This document shows positions 1 to 8,936 of a stretch of DNA of 64,000 nucleotides, in pieces; the stretch's first letter is position 1, and every line of letters starts with the position of its first letter. Made by a program: the position numbers and the translations under genes. The notes beneath the pieces are model-generated. The model was given only the letters and a program-made list of their open reading frames with translations, did no database searches and had not been told where the DNA came from. The stretch comes from Vulcanimicrobiota bacterium (lineage in GTDB: Bacteria; Vulcanimicrobiota; Vulcanimicrobiia; Vulcanimicrobiales; Vulcanimicrobiaceae), in the NCBI GenBank assembly GCA_963777315.1, contig CAVZQC010000001.1, positions 320,001-384,000 of the forward strand, given 5' to 3'.

Positions 1-144
1 AGGCGTGCCATGCAAGCCGGTGCCGTCAGCATAGAGGAGCCGGTAAACACGCCGTACGGCGACCGTCGCGCCATGGTGAAAGATCCCTTTGGTAACGACT
101 GGCAAGTCGCAACGTATGAAGGAAGCTCGATCGGCGATTCCTAG
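1..144 (+). CDS. VOC/glyoxalase (PhnB-like) family protein, C-terminal fragment (truncated by window start)
   Basis: Frame 1 reads RRAMQAGAVSIEEPVNTPYGDRRAMVKDPFGNDWQVATYEGSSIGDS*. YGDR...VKDPFGN.W is the typical VOC C-terminal motif. Confidence 0.85.
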   Translation, partial: RRAMQAGAVSIEEPVNTPYGDRRAMVKDPFGNDWQVATYEGSSIGDS

Positions 145-219
145 CGGCCGTCGCGTCGGCGCAACTAGCCGGACATCCAGCGGAAGGGGCCTGTCGTCTT
201 GCCGTTGGAGAGCCGCTCA

Positions 220-893
220 ATGGGCCGGCAACTTCACGTTCACTCACATCCGTCGCGCGTAGAGCATTGGCGCCATCTTATTGAAATCGTCGCCGTCGTA
301 AGCTGCGGACTATCTGGGCGCTTTATGTTTTCGTTTATCAGGAACGCATAAAACCGGCGAACGAACCGCCGGAATTTCAGCCGGCGTTCTCGGTCGAGCA
401 TACGCTCTTGCCGAGCGGCAAGGAGTTCGTCAAGGTGCACGTCGATGCGAAAAACGCCGGCCAATCGACGATTTTCATCGGTGGAATCGCGGTGAACGTC
501 TACGGTATTCGGTTCAACGACAGGATCCGCACGCGAACTATAACGTCATCTACCGACGATCTGTTTAACCGGACCCTCCTGCCGGAACGTCCGACGCTGC
601 TGTATTCAACCGGCGCATCGATGCAGCCCTTCGGAAACCCCAATAGTTTCGTCAACCTGCAGCCCGGCACGAGCTACGCGGGGTCGTTCGCGTTCGTCAT
701 TCCACCGCATAAGCTCGATTCGGTGCGGATCCAGTGGCAGATCTGTTTTTCAAAACTTGCGAACAAGACGTGGCATATGCCCCTAAACCGGCGGCCCGAC
801 GGCTCAAACTGGTTCAACGACAAGTACAACCAGGCTAACGCGGGTACGGGGCTCATCTGCTACGACGACCCCGGTGCATACTATCCGCTTTAG
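220..893 (+). CDS. Hypothetical membrane-anchored protein; apparent frameshift at about 300-310
   Basis: ATG at 220 (GGAGAG upstream) gives MGRQLHVHSHPSRVEHWRHLIEIVAVV. The reading continues in another frame as IWALYVFVYQERIKPANEPPEF...LLPSGKEF into the 408..893 ORF, completing a TM helix. The break is at AGCT 301-304. Confidence 0.55.
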
Positions 894-1026
894 GAGCGCA
901 GAGCGCAAAGCCGTCTCGCACGTCGAAAACCAGGTAGGTCGACTGCCCATCAGCTGATTACTGCGGCGGTAAAGGCCATGGATTCTGAATCCGGAGATGC
1001 CGTGCGCGCGTTGGGCTGCGTCGGAA

Positions 1027-1155
1027 CTATTCCTGATAAAAATACGGATCGAGCACGGAAACCGGCGTAACCGAGGCGACCGGCAGGCCATTCTGCTGCG
1101 CGGCTGTGCGAATGGCCTCCACGCTGGGTCCATCGTAGACGCAGGGCAATTTCTT
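1027..1155 (-). pseudogene. C-terminal remnant of a DUF4242 (SCO4226-like) protein
   Basis: Minus strand reads KKLPCVYDGPSVEAIRTAAQQNGLPVASVTPVSVLDPYFYQE*, matching the recalled DUF4242 pattern C.YDGP..EAIR..A..NGLPV..IT.V.VLDPYFY. There is an in-frame stop just upstream and no N-terminal half. Confidence 0.6.
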
Positions 1156-1199
1156 GTTTTATCTACGCAGGGCGGACAGAGAGCTCACGCGTTGCTGGT

Positions 1200-1553
1200 T
1201 CAGCGTTGCCTTCGTTGGTGCAGCGCGAAGCCGTTGCCGTCGGGATCTTTTGCGAAGCACGCGGAGCAGGCGGGAAAATCGTAGACCGGCGTGACGGTCA
1301 CCCCGTTTTCCACAAGCCGCTCGCGAGCGGCGCACACGTCCTCCACCTCAAACGCAACGCCATTGCAGATTCCGGGTTCGTATCCCGCCGGCTCACCGTC
1401 GACCGCGAATGCCGACGAACCGGCGTTGAACTCGACAAACCGTTCGTTGAACGCCTCCCCCGGCTCCAGTCCTACCACGTCACGGTAAAACGCGGCTGCG
1501 CGTGCAACATCGCGGACCGCATAAGCGATAAACGCAACACCCTTAATCATCAA
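1200..1553 (-). CDS. VOC family (glyoxalase/bleomycin resistance) protein
   Basis: AVRDVARAAAFYRDVVGL ... VAFEVEDV ... FAKDPDGNGFALHQ. Confidence 0.9.
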   Translation of the reverse strand: MMIKGVAFIAYAVRDVARAAAFYRDVVGLEPGEAFNERFVEFNAGSSAFAVDGEPAGYEPGICNGVAFEVEDVCAARERLVENGVTVTPVYDFPACSACFAKDPDGNGFALHQRRQR

Positions 1554-1653
1554 CCCTCATCTCGAATGACGGCACGGCTCCCGTTCGCGGCCGAAATACC
1601 GTATACACTCGCAAGCCCTCACGGTCCTTCGGTACCACCGGACAATTCGTGGG

Positions 1654-1749
1654 CTAACTTTCCTTTCGGCTATTCACCCATTTCTGGGCGATCCATCGAA
1701 CAACAAAAAATGCAACGATCACCCCCGCAACCTCCGCTGCAACGTTCAT
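1654..1749 (-). CDS. Small single-TM membrane peptide, 31 aa (MNVAAEVAGVIVAFFVVRWIAQKWVNSRKES); not in the ORF track
   Basis: AAGGAGG Shine-Dalgarno (1761-1755) lies 5 nt before the ATG. The peptide has a hydrophobic core, Trp residues and a charged tail. A TGTATAAG -10-like element lies upstream. Confidence 0.6.
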   Translation of the reverse strand: MNVAAEVAGVIVAFFVVRWIAQKWVNSRKES

Positions 1750-1826
1750 CGGAGCCTCCTTCGATTTTCAAGCAGGCACTTATACATCCCGGCACTTGCC
1801 CCGATACGTCGGGATAACAAGGCGGC

Positions 1827-2387
1827 GTGCGCCTTGGGCGCGTTTCCGCCCTTAACTGCGCAAAGGTCACCGGGCAAAGCGGACGCGAATTGCGCTTGAT
1901 GACCGAGTCGCGCCGCCCGCTGTTTGCAATGCTCTCGCAACTGCTGATCGCATACACCTACGAATTTGATGCCGCACTCGCGCACGAACTTGGCAGACGC
2001 GGCTCGGGGGACCTCCCATCGCTTGCAATGTTCGCTAACGTGTTGCAGTTCGTCGGCGATGGAGCGATCGGAGAGGAGCAGTTACAGTCGCTCTGCGGCA
2101 TTGCGCCGCCGACGCTGAAAACAATGCTCCGTTGTCTCGAGCGCCACGGATGGATCTCCATGGCCGCCGACGGTGCGGTTCAGTTGTCGCCGGCTGGCTC
2201 AGACGCGGCGCGCGCCTTTCCCAAAGCGAATGAAGCGGTCGAACGGCGGTGGGAAGCACAATGCGGAGCCGATGCCATTACGACGCTGCGGCGCGCGCTG
2301 GAAAAAACATGCGCACGGCTTCCGCGAGGTTTTCCGCAGTACCCCATGACGGCGGCACATCGAGGCGCGTTTCCCAGAGGCGAATAG
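1827..2387 (+). CDS. MarR-like winged-helix DNA-binding protein (start may be ATG 1899)
   Basis: QLQSLCGIAPPTLKTMLRCLERHGWI...VQLSPAG wHTH; C-terminal YPM..HRGAFP. Confidence 0.65.
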   Translation: MRLGRVSALNCAKVTGQSGRELRLMTESRRPLFAMLSQLLIAYTYEFDAALAHELGRRGSGDLPSLAMFANVLQFVGDGAIGEEQLQSLCGIAPPTLKTMLRCLERHGWISMAADGAVQLSPAGSDAARAFPKANEAVERRWEAQCGADAITTLRRALEKTCARLPRGFPQYPMTAAHRGAFPRGE

Positions 2388-2507
2388 AACCGCTCAGCCC
2401 GCTCGCAGTTTACCCGCAACGAAGGTGCAAGAGTTCCACCGGCTCCGGCAAATCTTCTTTGCGAAGGTCAAAGGCGCAGCGAGTACTTTCCGATTTGACG
2501 CTGTGTG

Positions 2508-3599
2508 CTAAACGACGGCTTTATGCGCTTTCGGCTGCGTCTCCGCCCTCAGTTGGCCGCAAGCCGCGGCAATGTCGCGGCCCATGTTTTGGCGCACCGT
2601 CGTAGGAATACCGGCCTGGTCCAAAATAGCCGCGAACCTGCGAATGTCGTCGCTTTCGGTGCCGGTGAACGGTCCGTCGGGCGTCGCGTTGTATGGTATC
2701 AGGTTGACGTGATACAAGCGCCCCTTCATGCGGTGCGCTAATTCTCGGGCGTCCTCTTCACTGTCGTTGACGCCGCGCAGCATCACGTATTCGAAGAACA
2801 CCTTGCGGCTCGTTTTTGCGATGTAGCGATTGCAAGCGGCAAGCAGCTCGTCCATGGGGTACCGGCGATTCACCGGCATGATTTTGCCCCTCACCCGATC
2901 GCTTGCGGCGTGCAGCGAGATGGCCAGATTCACCTGAATGCCTTCGTCGGCGAAAGCGTCGATTTTATCCACCAAGCCGACGGTAGAGATCGTGATGTGG
3001 CGGTGACCCAAGCCAAAGCCTTGCGAATCGTGCAGCAAAGCCACCGCGTTCATAACCGCTTCGTAGTTGTGAAACGGCTCGCCCATGCCCATGAAGACGA
3101 CGTTGGTCAAGCGTTTGCCCTTGGCCGCCAGCTCGCGAGCGAAGTAGACCGCCTGATCGAATATCTCGCATGCTTCCAGCTGGCGGGTGAAGCCGGCTTG
3201 GCCCGTGGAACAGAACGCGCACGCGAACGCGCAGCCGGCCTGCGAACTGATGCACACCGTAGTACGGTTACCGTAGTGCTCCATCAGCACGGCTTCGACT
3301 TCGCTGCCATCGGCCAGCCGGAACAGGCCTTTGCGCGTCTGACCGTCGGCGGAGTTCTGCACGATCACCGGCGTCACGGAACTCAAAGAAAAACCCGCAG
3401 CGGTCAACTCCGCACGTAATTCTTTGGGCAGCGTCGTAACGTGGGCGACGTCATCGACAAATTCTTTAGCGGCAGCGCGATAGATCTGCTGCAATCGATA
3501 CGGCTTGATCCCGAAGCGTGCGCAAAACGCATCGGCGTCGCCAAAGCCGGCACGGCGAATTTTTTCGGCAAGCCAAATGGCGGCGGGATCGCGGCGCAT
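2508..3599 (-). CDS. rlmN: 23S rRNA (adenine(2503)-C2)-methyltransferase RlmN
   Basis: CISSQAGCAFACAFC radical SAM motif, VVFMGMGEP, ISLHA, DIAAACGQL. Confidence 0.95.
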   Translation of the reverse strand: MRRDPAAIWLAEKIRRAGFGDADAFCARFGIKPYRLQQIYRAAAKEFVDDVAHVTTLPKELRAELTAAGFSLSSVTPVIVQNSADGQTRKGLFRLADGSEVEAVLMEHYGNRTTVCISSQAGCAFACAFCSTGQAGFTRQLEACEIFDQAVYFARELAAKGKRLTNVVFMGMGEPFHNYEAVMNAVALLHDSQGFGLGHRHITISTVGLVDKIDAFADEGIQVNLAISLHAASDRVRGKIMPVNRRYPMDELLAACNRYIAKTSRKVFFEYVMLRGVNDSEEDARELAHRMKGRLYHVNLIPYNATPDGPFTGTESDDIRRFAAILDQAGIPTTVRQNMGRDIAAACGQLRAETQPKAHKAVV

Positions 3600-3600
3600 T

Positions 3601-4290
3601 TTAGTACTCAAAGAGCGTGAGCGGCTCGGCTGCCGGCGCGCTCGGAGTTTGGACCTGGGCCGACGCAAGCGCCTCGAGCTCGTCGAGTTTGGCACGTACC
3701 TGCTTGAGATCCGACCAAACCATGCGCTTGGTGTCGGAAAGCGCCATACCGCCCTGGCGCAGCAGGTACGCCGGATGGAACGTTACCATCAGCGGAATGC
3801 CGCGCGGTCCTTCATACCAACGGCCCCGCCCCGCGGTGATGCCGAACGACGGTCCGAGAAATGATTTAGCCGCAGGTGCACCGAGCGCAAGAACGACTCG
3901 CGGAGCGATTATCTCAATCTGTTCGTCCAAGTATGGACGGCAGTTTTCCATCTCGACGGGCGCAGGCGCTCGATTTCGTAAGGCCTCGCCCTCGCGCAGC
4001 GTCGGACGGCATTTTACGGTGTTGCAAATATAGACGTCTTCCCGCGGCAAGCCGATTGCCGCCAACATCCGGTCGAGCAGTTCGCCGGCGCGGCCCACGA
4101 ACGGCCGCCCGAGCAAATCTTCAGTCTCGCCCGGCCCCTCGCCTACGACAAGCAGTGAAGCGCACGCGTCGCCTTCGCCGTAAACGTTGTTGCGCCGTTC
4201 GAACCCGATGGCGCACTTGCGGCACGAGGCCGCAACCGCAGCAGCCCGCTCCAACAGGCGTTCTCTGCGCGCGCGTTCGTGCAGAGTCAT
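3601..4290 (-). CDS. Uracil-DNA glycosylase, family 4 (Fe-S)
   Basis: CRKC, VGEGPG, PFVGRAG, NTVKCRP, NRAP, TFHPAYLLR. Confidence 0.95.
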   Translation of the reverse strand: MTLHERARRERLLERAAAVAASCRKCAIGFERRNNVYGEGDACASLLVVGEGPGETEDLLGRPFVGRAGELLDRMLAAIGLPREDVYICNTVKCRPTLREGEALRNRAPAPVEMENCRPYLDEQIEIIAPRVVLALGAPAAKSFLGPSFGITAGRGRWYEGPRGIPLMVTFHPAYLLRQGGMALSDTKRMVWSDLKQVRAKLDELEALASAQVQTPSAPAAEPLTLFEY

Positions 4291-4300
4291 CGGCAACGGT

Positions 4301-4645
4301 TCATGCGGCGTAATTGTGCGGCGCCAGGCGTACCGCCTCACCATACGCCACGACCTGCGTCGATCCGTCGCGCTGCTCGATCGCCTCGAAGCGCACTTTG
4401 ATGACCGCATCGGCGCCCAAACGCGTCGCATGCTCGCGAAGTTGTTCGAGCGCTTCCTCCCGAGCGCGTTCCGCATCCGTCAGGTATTCTACGGGCGCCA
4501 AACCGATGAAAGCGCCGATTGTCCGGAAGGTTGCGCGCAGCATGTTGTGCTGCCGCGTGGCGGCTCCGCCGACCGTACCCAGCGAACGAGCGATGCGAAA
4601 GCCGTCGGCCACGTCGAGGGTTACGAGGTTCTCTTTTGCAATCAT
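4301..4645 (-). CDS. YbjQ / UPF0145 family protein
   Basis: YLTDAERAREEALEQLREHATRLGADAVIKVRF...VVAYGEAV. Confidence 0.9.
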   Translation of the reverse strand: MIAKENLVTLDVADGFRIARSLGTVGGAATRQHNMLRATFRTIGAFIGLAPVEYLTDAERAREEALEQLREHATRLGADAVIKVRFEAIEQRDGSTQVVAYGEAVRLAPHNYAA

Positions 4646-4651
4646 GCTTCA

Positions 4652-5608
4652 GTGAGTATTTCCCGTTCGGCGCTCATCGTCCGCTTGGATGCCATAGGAG
4701 ACGCACTGACCACCGTGCCGCTCATCGAGGCGCTTCGCCGGTATGGAATGAGCGTGGGGGCGGTGCTGCAGGCCGCCAACGCCGGCATCTTTTCCACGCG
4801 GTGCTTGGATGGCGTGCATATCTGCGGCTCGGACGATCTCGTCGACCAGATTCGCGCACGGCGATACGATTACGCGCTGATCGCAACGGAAAAGCCCCTG
4901 GGCTACCGCATCGCTCGATCCGCCCGCATCCCGGTGCGAATCGGCTTCCAAAACGGCCCGCGCAAGCCGTTCAAGTCGCTGTGGATACGTTCGATGTGCA
5001 CGCACGCGGTCTTTCGAGCAGCCGGCCGGGATTCACGAAACGAACACGAATGCGAAACGATCTTCCGATTGGTTTCACCGTTGTTGCCGTACGCATTGCC
5101 CAGCCGCGACGCGTGCGCGCTGCGTCCGCTCGTGCTCAACGAGATGCCACCGCGCGAGGAGCGCGTGGTACTGCAATTGACGGACAAGTGGGAACGTTTG
5201 GGCGCGCGCAGCGAGCATGTCGCCGAGCTCGTTGCGCGCGTGGCGGCGCGCCGCAGCATTCGGCTGGTAGGCAGCGAGCGCGAACGCGCCTACTGCGAGC
5301 GCATCGCCGCCGCGTCCGATCTTCCCGTCGACGTATTCCAACGGCTGGAGGATTGGAAGAACGGCATCGCTGCAGCGTCCGCGGTCGTTGCGCCGGATTC
5401 CGGCGCAATTCACGTCGCCGGGACGGTGGGCACTCCCGTCGTCGCCTGCTTTGCAGATAACGGGTTCGCGCAGCAGAGCGTGCGATGGGCTCCGTGGGCT
5501 TCGCCGTATCGCCCCGTGCAAATACAAGGCAGGCACTGGCCGCTGGTGGCCGCCGACGCTCTCGAGCTGCTGCTCACCGGCAACCCACGCTCCGCTTATA
5601 AAGGCTGA
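4652..5608 (+). CDS. Glycosyltransferase family 9 (heptosyltransferase-like)
   Basis: N-terminal LIVRLDAIGD, and DSGAIHVAGTVGTPVVACF...WAPW. Confidence 0.85.
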   Translation: MSISRSALIVRLDAIGDALTTVPLIEALRRYGMSVGAVLQAANAGIFSTRCLDGVHICGSDDLVDQIRARRYDYALIATEKPLGYRIARSARIPVRIGFQNGPRKPFKSLWIRSMCTHAVFRAAGRDSRNEHECETIFRLVSPLLPYALPSRDACALRPLVLNEMPPREERVVLQLTDKWERLGARSEHVAELVARVAARRSIRLVGSERERAYCERIAAASDLPVDVFQRLEDWKNGIAAASAVVAPDSGAIHVAGTVGTPVVACFADNGFAQQSVRWAPWASPYRPVQIQGRHWPLVAADALELLLTGNPRSAYKG

Positions 5609-6969
5609 TCGTTCCGGAGTTGCGTTCGATCCGATAGACCCCTTGAGCGATCAGTCGTCGCACGGCCGCCTGCGATTCGACCAGTCGCGCCGACTGAGGA
5701 AATGCGCGGTCGATCAGAACGTAACATGCATCTACCGGCAGGTTCGCCGTTTCCGGCAGCACCGCGGCGTTGGGGTCGCGCGCGGCCAAATGCGTATACG
5801 CTTCCTCTTGCGTTGCCACCGAAACGTTACTGGAAAGCGTGCTCAAAAAACGATCTAACGCATCGTCGGCGGGCGTGCGCGAATGCAGAAAGTATCCCGG
5901 ATGCAACGGATTGGCGGCCGCGAATTCAGACTACGCAAAGCCCTACGCACCAGTACAGCGCAATTCGAGCACGCGCGGGCGAACGCGCCCACAGCGCGGC
6001 GATTCCCGCGCAAAATGCGTACAGCACCCAGCCCGTCCAGGCGCCCGCATAGTGTGAACCCATCGTGTACGTCGTCGGCATACGGGATGCGAGCACTTCC
6101 GCCAGCGGGACGATCGCAACGAGCATCGCCGGCGTTCGGAACGGTACGAACAGCAGCGGCACGAAGGCCAGCAGCAAAAAACCGATGCGCGCGAGCACGC
6201 CGTCCGGAAACAAAGCGCGCACATCGGAAGCGGTCCAGGCGTAAAAACGCGAGCCCGACCAATTAGCGTGGCCTTCAAGCGCGCCGGCATGCGGGGCGAT
6301 TGCCGCGAAATACACGATGAAAACGACGATCCCCAACGCACTCGCTGCGCACGCGAGGCGCAAACGCAGCGGATCGCTCCGATACGCCGCCGCTCCTATC
6401 GCCCCGGCAACGAAAACGAAGAGCGCCTGATCTTCCTTGACGCTCAGCGCGAGCAACGTCAAAGCAATCGTCCAACCCGCCAAGCCGCCGTCGAACGCCC
6501 ACAGCAGCCACGCAACCGCCGCGGGCGCCAGACCGTTCTCGTGGAAATCGTTGAAAATAACGCCCGCAAGCGGTGGGTAGAGCAGCACGATGAGCGCGCC
6601 TAGGCGCGCGATGCCGCGCTCCGTGCGCCGCGCCAGCAAGCCGTACACCGGCGGAGCCGTCAAGGCGCCGGCTATCGCCTGAATCGCGACGAGCGCAAGC
6701 GCAGAATCCCAAACGCGCATGACGGCGCCGGCGGCATACAGCACGGGCGAGAAATGAAACGCCCAATGACTGCCCTCGACCGTATTGCAAAAGCAGCCGA
6801 ATGCCGATGCCGCCGTTTGCGCGAAAATACCCATGTCGACGAAATTGCGGTGACCCGCATACCGGACCGCTCCCAGAAAAAAATACAGCGCCGCGTATGC
6901 CCCGACGCCGATCCACAGCAGCCAGTCGGAAAACACGGCGGCCCGAGCGTCGGCCCGGGAACGCTTCAC
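5574..6969 (-). CDS. DUF2079-family polytopic membrane protein (GT-C-like); one-base frameshift at about 5930
   Basis: DMGIFAQ, HFSP, DFHE, VKEDQ and HY motifs. Removing the extra base in AGACT (5928-5932) joins ORFs 5926..7116 and 5574..5906 (CVAEFAAANPLHPGY). The GTG start overlaps the prfB stop. Confidence 0.8.
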
Positions 6970-8064
6970 GTTCGGCGCTGCTGCAGGTACGGCCAAATGA
7001 ACGCGTCGATTTCGCCGTCGAGAACCGCTTGCGTGTTGCCCGTTTCCACGTTGGTGCGATGATCTTTGACGAGCTGATAGGGATTGAGCACGTAAGAACG
7101 GATTTGCGAGCCCCACTCGTTGGCGCTGCGCTCTCCGCGCAACTCGGCCAGCCTGCGGTCGCGGCTTTCCAACTCGCGCTGCACGAGCTTGGCGCGCAGA
7201 ATGCTCATGGCAACGTCGCGGTTCTGCGCTTGCGAACGCTCCTGCTGCGAGGCAACGATGACGCCCGACGGCTCGTGTATGATCCGCACGGCCGATTCGG
7301 TCTTGTTGACGTACTGACCGCCGGCTCCGCCGGACTTGAACGTTTCGATTCGCAAGTCTTCAGCATTGATCTCGACTTGCACGTTCTCGCCCTCCTCTAT
7401 CTCGGGAATGACGTCGACGGCGCTGAATGACGTGTGCCTGCGATGTGCCGCATCGAATGGCGAAATGCGCACCAGTCGATGCACGCCGCGCTCGCTTTCG
7501 AGCATGCCGTACGCGTTTTGTCCCCGGATGAAAAACGTTACGGATTTCAAGCCCGCTTCTTCGGCCGGCGACTCATCGACGACATGGGTGAGGTAACCTT
7601 GGAGATCGGCCCAACGCAGGTACATGCGCGTGAGCATTTGCGTCCAGTCCGCGGCGTCCACGCCGCCGGCTCCGGCATAAATGCTCACTATTGCATTGTG
7701 CGCATCGAACTCGCCGTCGAAGTTGGCGGCCATTTCCAGTCGATCGAGCCGCTCTTCGGCATTCTGAATGCCGGCATCGATCTCTTCGGCGGCGGCTGCA
7801 TCGTCGGGAAAAAGCGATAGCATTTCCCGAGCCTCGTTGAGGGCTCGAGCGACTGCGTCCATTGCGTCCTGGTCGGCGCGCAGCTCGGCGAGCTGCTTCA
7901 TGACGCGCTGCGCCGAATCGGGCTCGTTCCAGAACGTGTCCGTGCGCGATCGGCTGTCGAGTTCGCCGATCAGCCGGCTTTTGCCGGCGTAGTCAAAGAC
8001 GCTCCTTGAGCGCGATCAAACGCTCGGACAGGCGCGCTAAACGGGTCAACTGCGAGTCGCTCAT
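6966..8064 (-). CDS. prfB: Peptide chain release factor 2 (programmed +1 frameshift)
   Basis: SPF anticodon (RISPFD) and GGQ motif. The short first ORF MSDSQ...LKERL ends at CTT TGA C. Confidence 0.97.
7992..8007 (-). promoter_or_regulatory. prfB autoregulatory +1 ribosomal frameshift cassette
   Basis: Minus strand AAGGAG-CGT-CTT-TGA-C: internal SD, 3-nt spacer, slippery CUU and in-frame UGA-C. Confidence 0.95.
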
Positions 8065-8150
8065 CGGCCATCGACATTCGGTCGCGCATCGCGCTGCCCT
8101 TTCGACGCTAACCGTAGGGCGTGAACGTGTCCGCAGAAATGGAGGCACCA

Positions 8151-8933
8151 ATGAACAGCGTACAGGAACTTTTTCCCGGCGGCCCCGGTACCGCGCTCGC
8201 AACGCAGACGGGCGACCTTCCGAGCGCGGGCAATATTGCCGCGGGCCCGTTATCCGGCGCGATCGGAACCGACAGCATCAGCCGGCTGCTACCGAGTTTA
8301 CGTCAAACGCCTTCGGAGAATGTTTGCAGCGGCGCAGCTTGCGGCCCGGCAGGCGGTCTGATGCAAATCATCGCGCAGCTGTCTTCATTACTGCAACAGC
8401 TGATGTCGATGGCCGGCTTGGGTCAGGCATCCAACCAGACGTATTTCAAAAACGCAACCGCCTCGTCGACGGGAGATCCGCACCTGGCGTTCAGCGGCAC
8501 GGACGCCTCCGGCACGCTGCGCCAAGCACGCTTTGACAGCATGGATTCGCACTCGGACCTGTTGGATTCCAATTCGTTCGGCGGCGGCTACCGCATCGCC
8601 ACCACCGCAACCGCGCCGGACGCTCGAGGCATCACGTACAATCGGCAAGCGACGGTTTCAACCGATTATGGAGCGACGCAGGTCAGCCTGGATTCCGGCG
8701 GCAGCGCGCTCGTGAGCGAAAACGGCTATCAGATCGATCTCAAGCCGGGTCAATTGTACTCGCTGAGCAACTCCGAAACGGTCTCGCGCACGGCCGACGG
8801 CTCGGTGGTCGTTCAAGACAGAAACGCAGCCGGCGGCAACATCACCACGACGTTGCGCCGCAGCGGACAAGGCGTAGACGTCAGCGCGACGGCGCGTGAC
8901 GTGAACTTAGGCGGAGACCTTCGGCCGGGGTAA
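8151..8933 (+). CDS. Hypothetical Gly/Ser/Thr-rich protein with harpin-like N-terminus and GDPH motif
   Basis: GGAGG RBS at 8141 and no signal peptide. It has an amphipathic GGLMQIIAQLSSLLQQLMSM helix, GDPH at 8472-8483, then a beta-rich domain. Confidence 0.7.
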   Translation: MNSVQELFPGGPGTALATQTGDLPSAGNIAAGPLSGAIGTDSISRLLPSLRQTPSENVCSGAACGPAGGLMQIIAQLSSLLQQLMSMAGLGQASNQTYFKNATASSTGDPHLAFSGTDASGTLRQARFDSMDSHSDLLDSNSFGGGYRIATTATAPDARGITYNRQATVSTDYGATQVSLDSGGSALVSENGYQIDLKPGQLYSLSNSETVSRTADGSVVVQDRNAAGGNITTTLRRSGQGVDVSATARDVNLGGDLRPG

Positions 8934-8936
8934 ACG

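Noticed and set aside
2388..2507. Spacer between convergent genes as a possible small RNA or att site
   Set aside because: I found no clear terminator, repeat or recognisable RNA motif.
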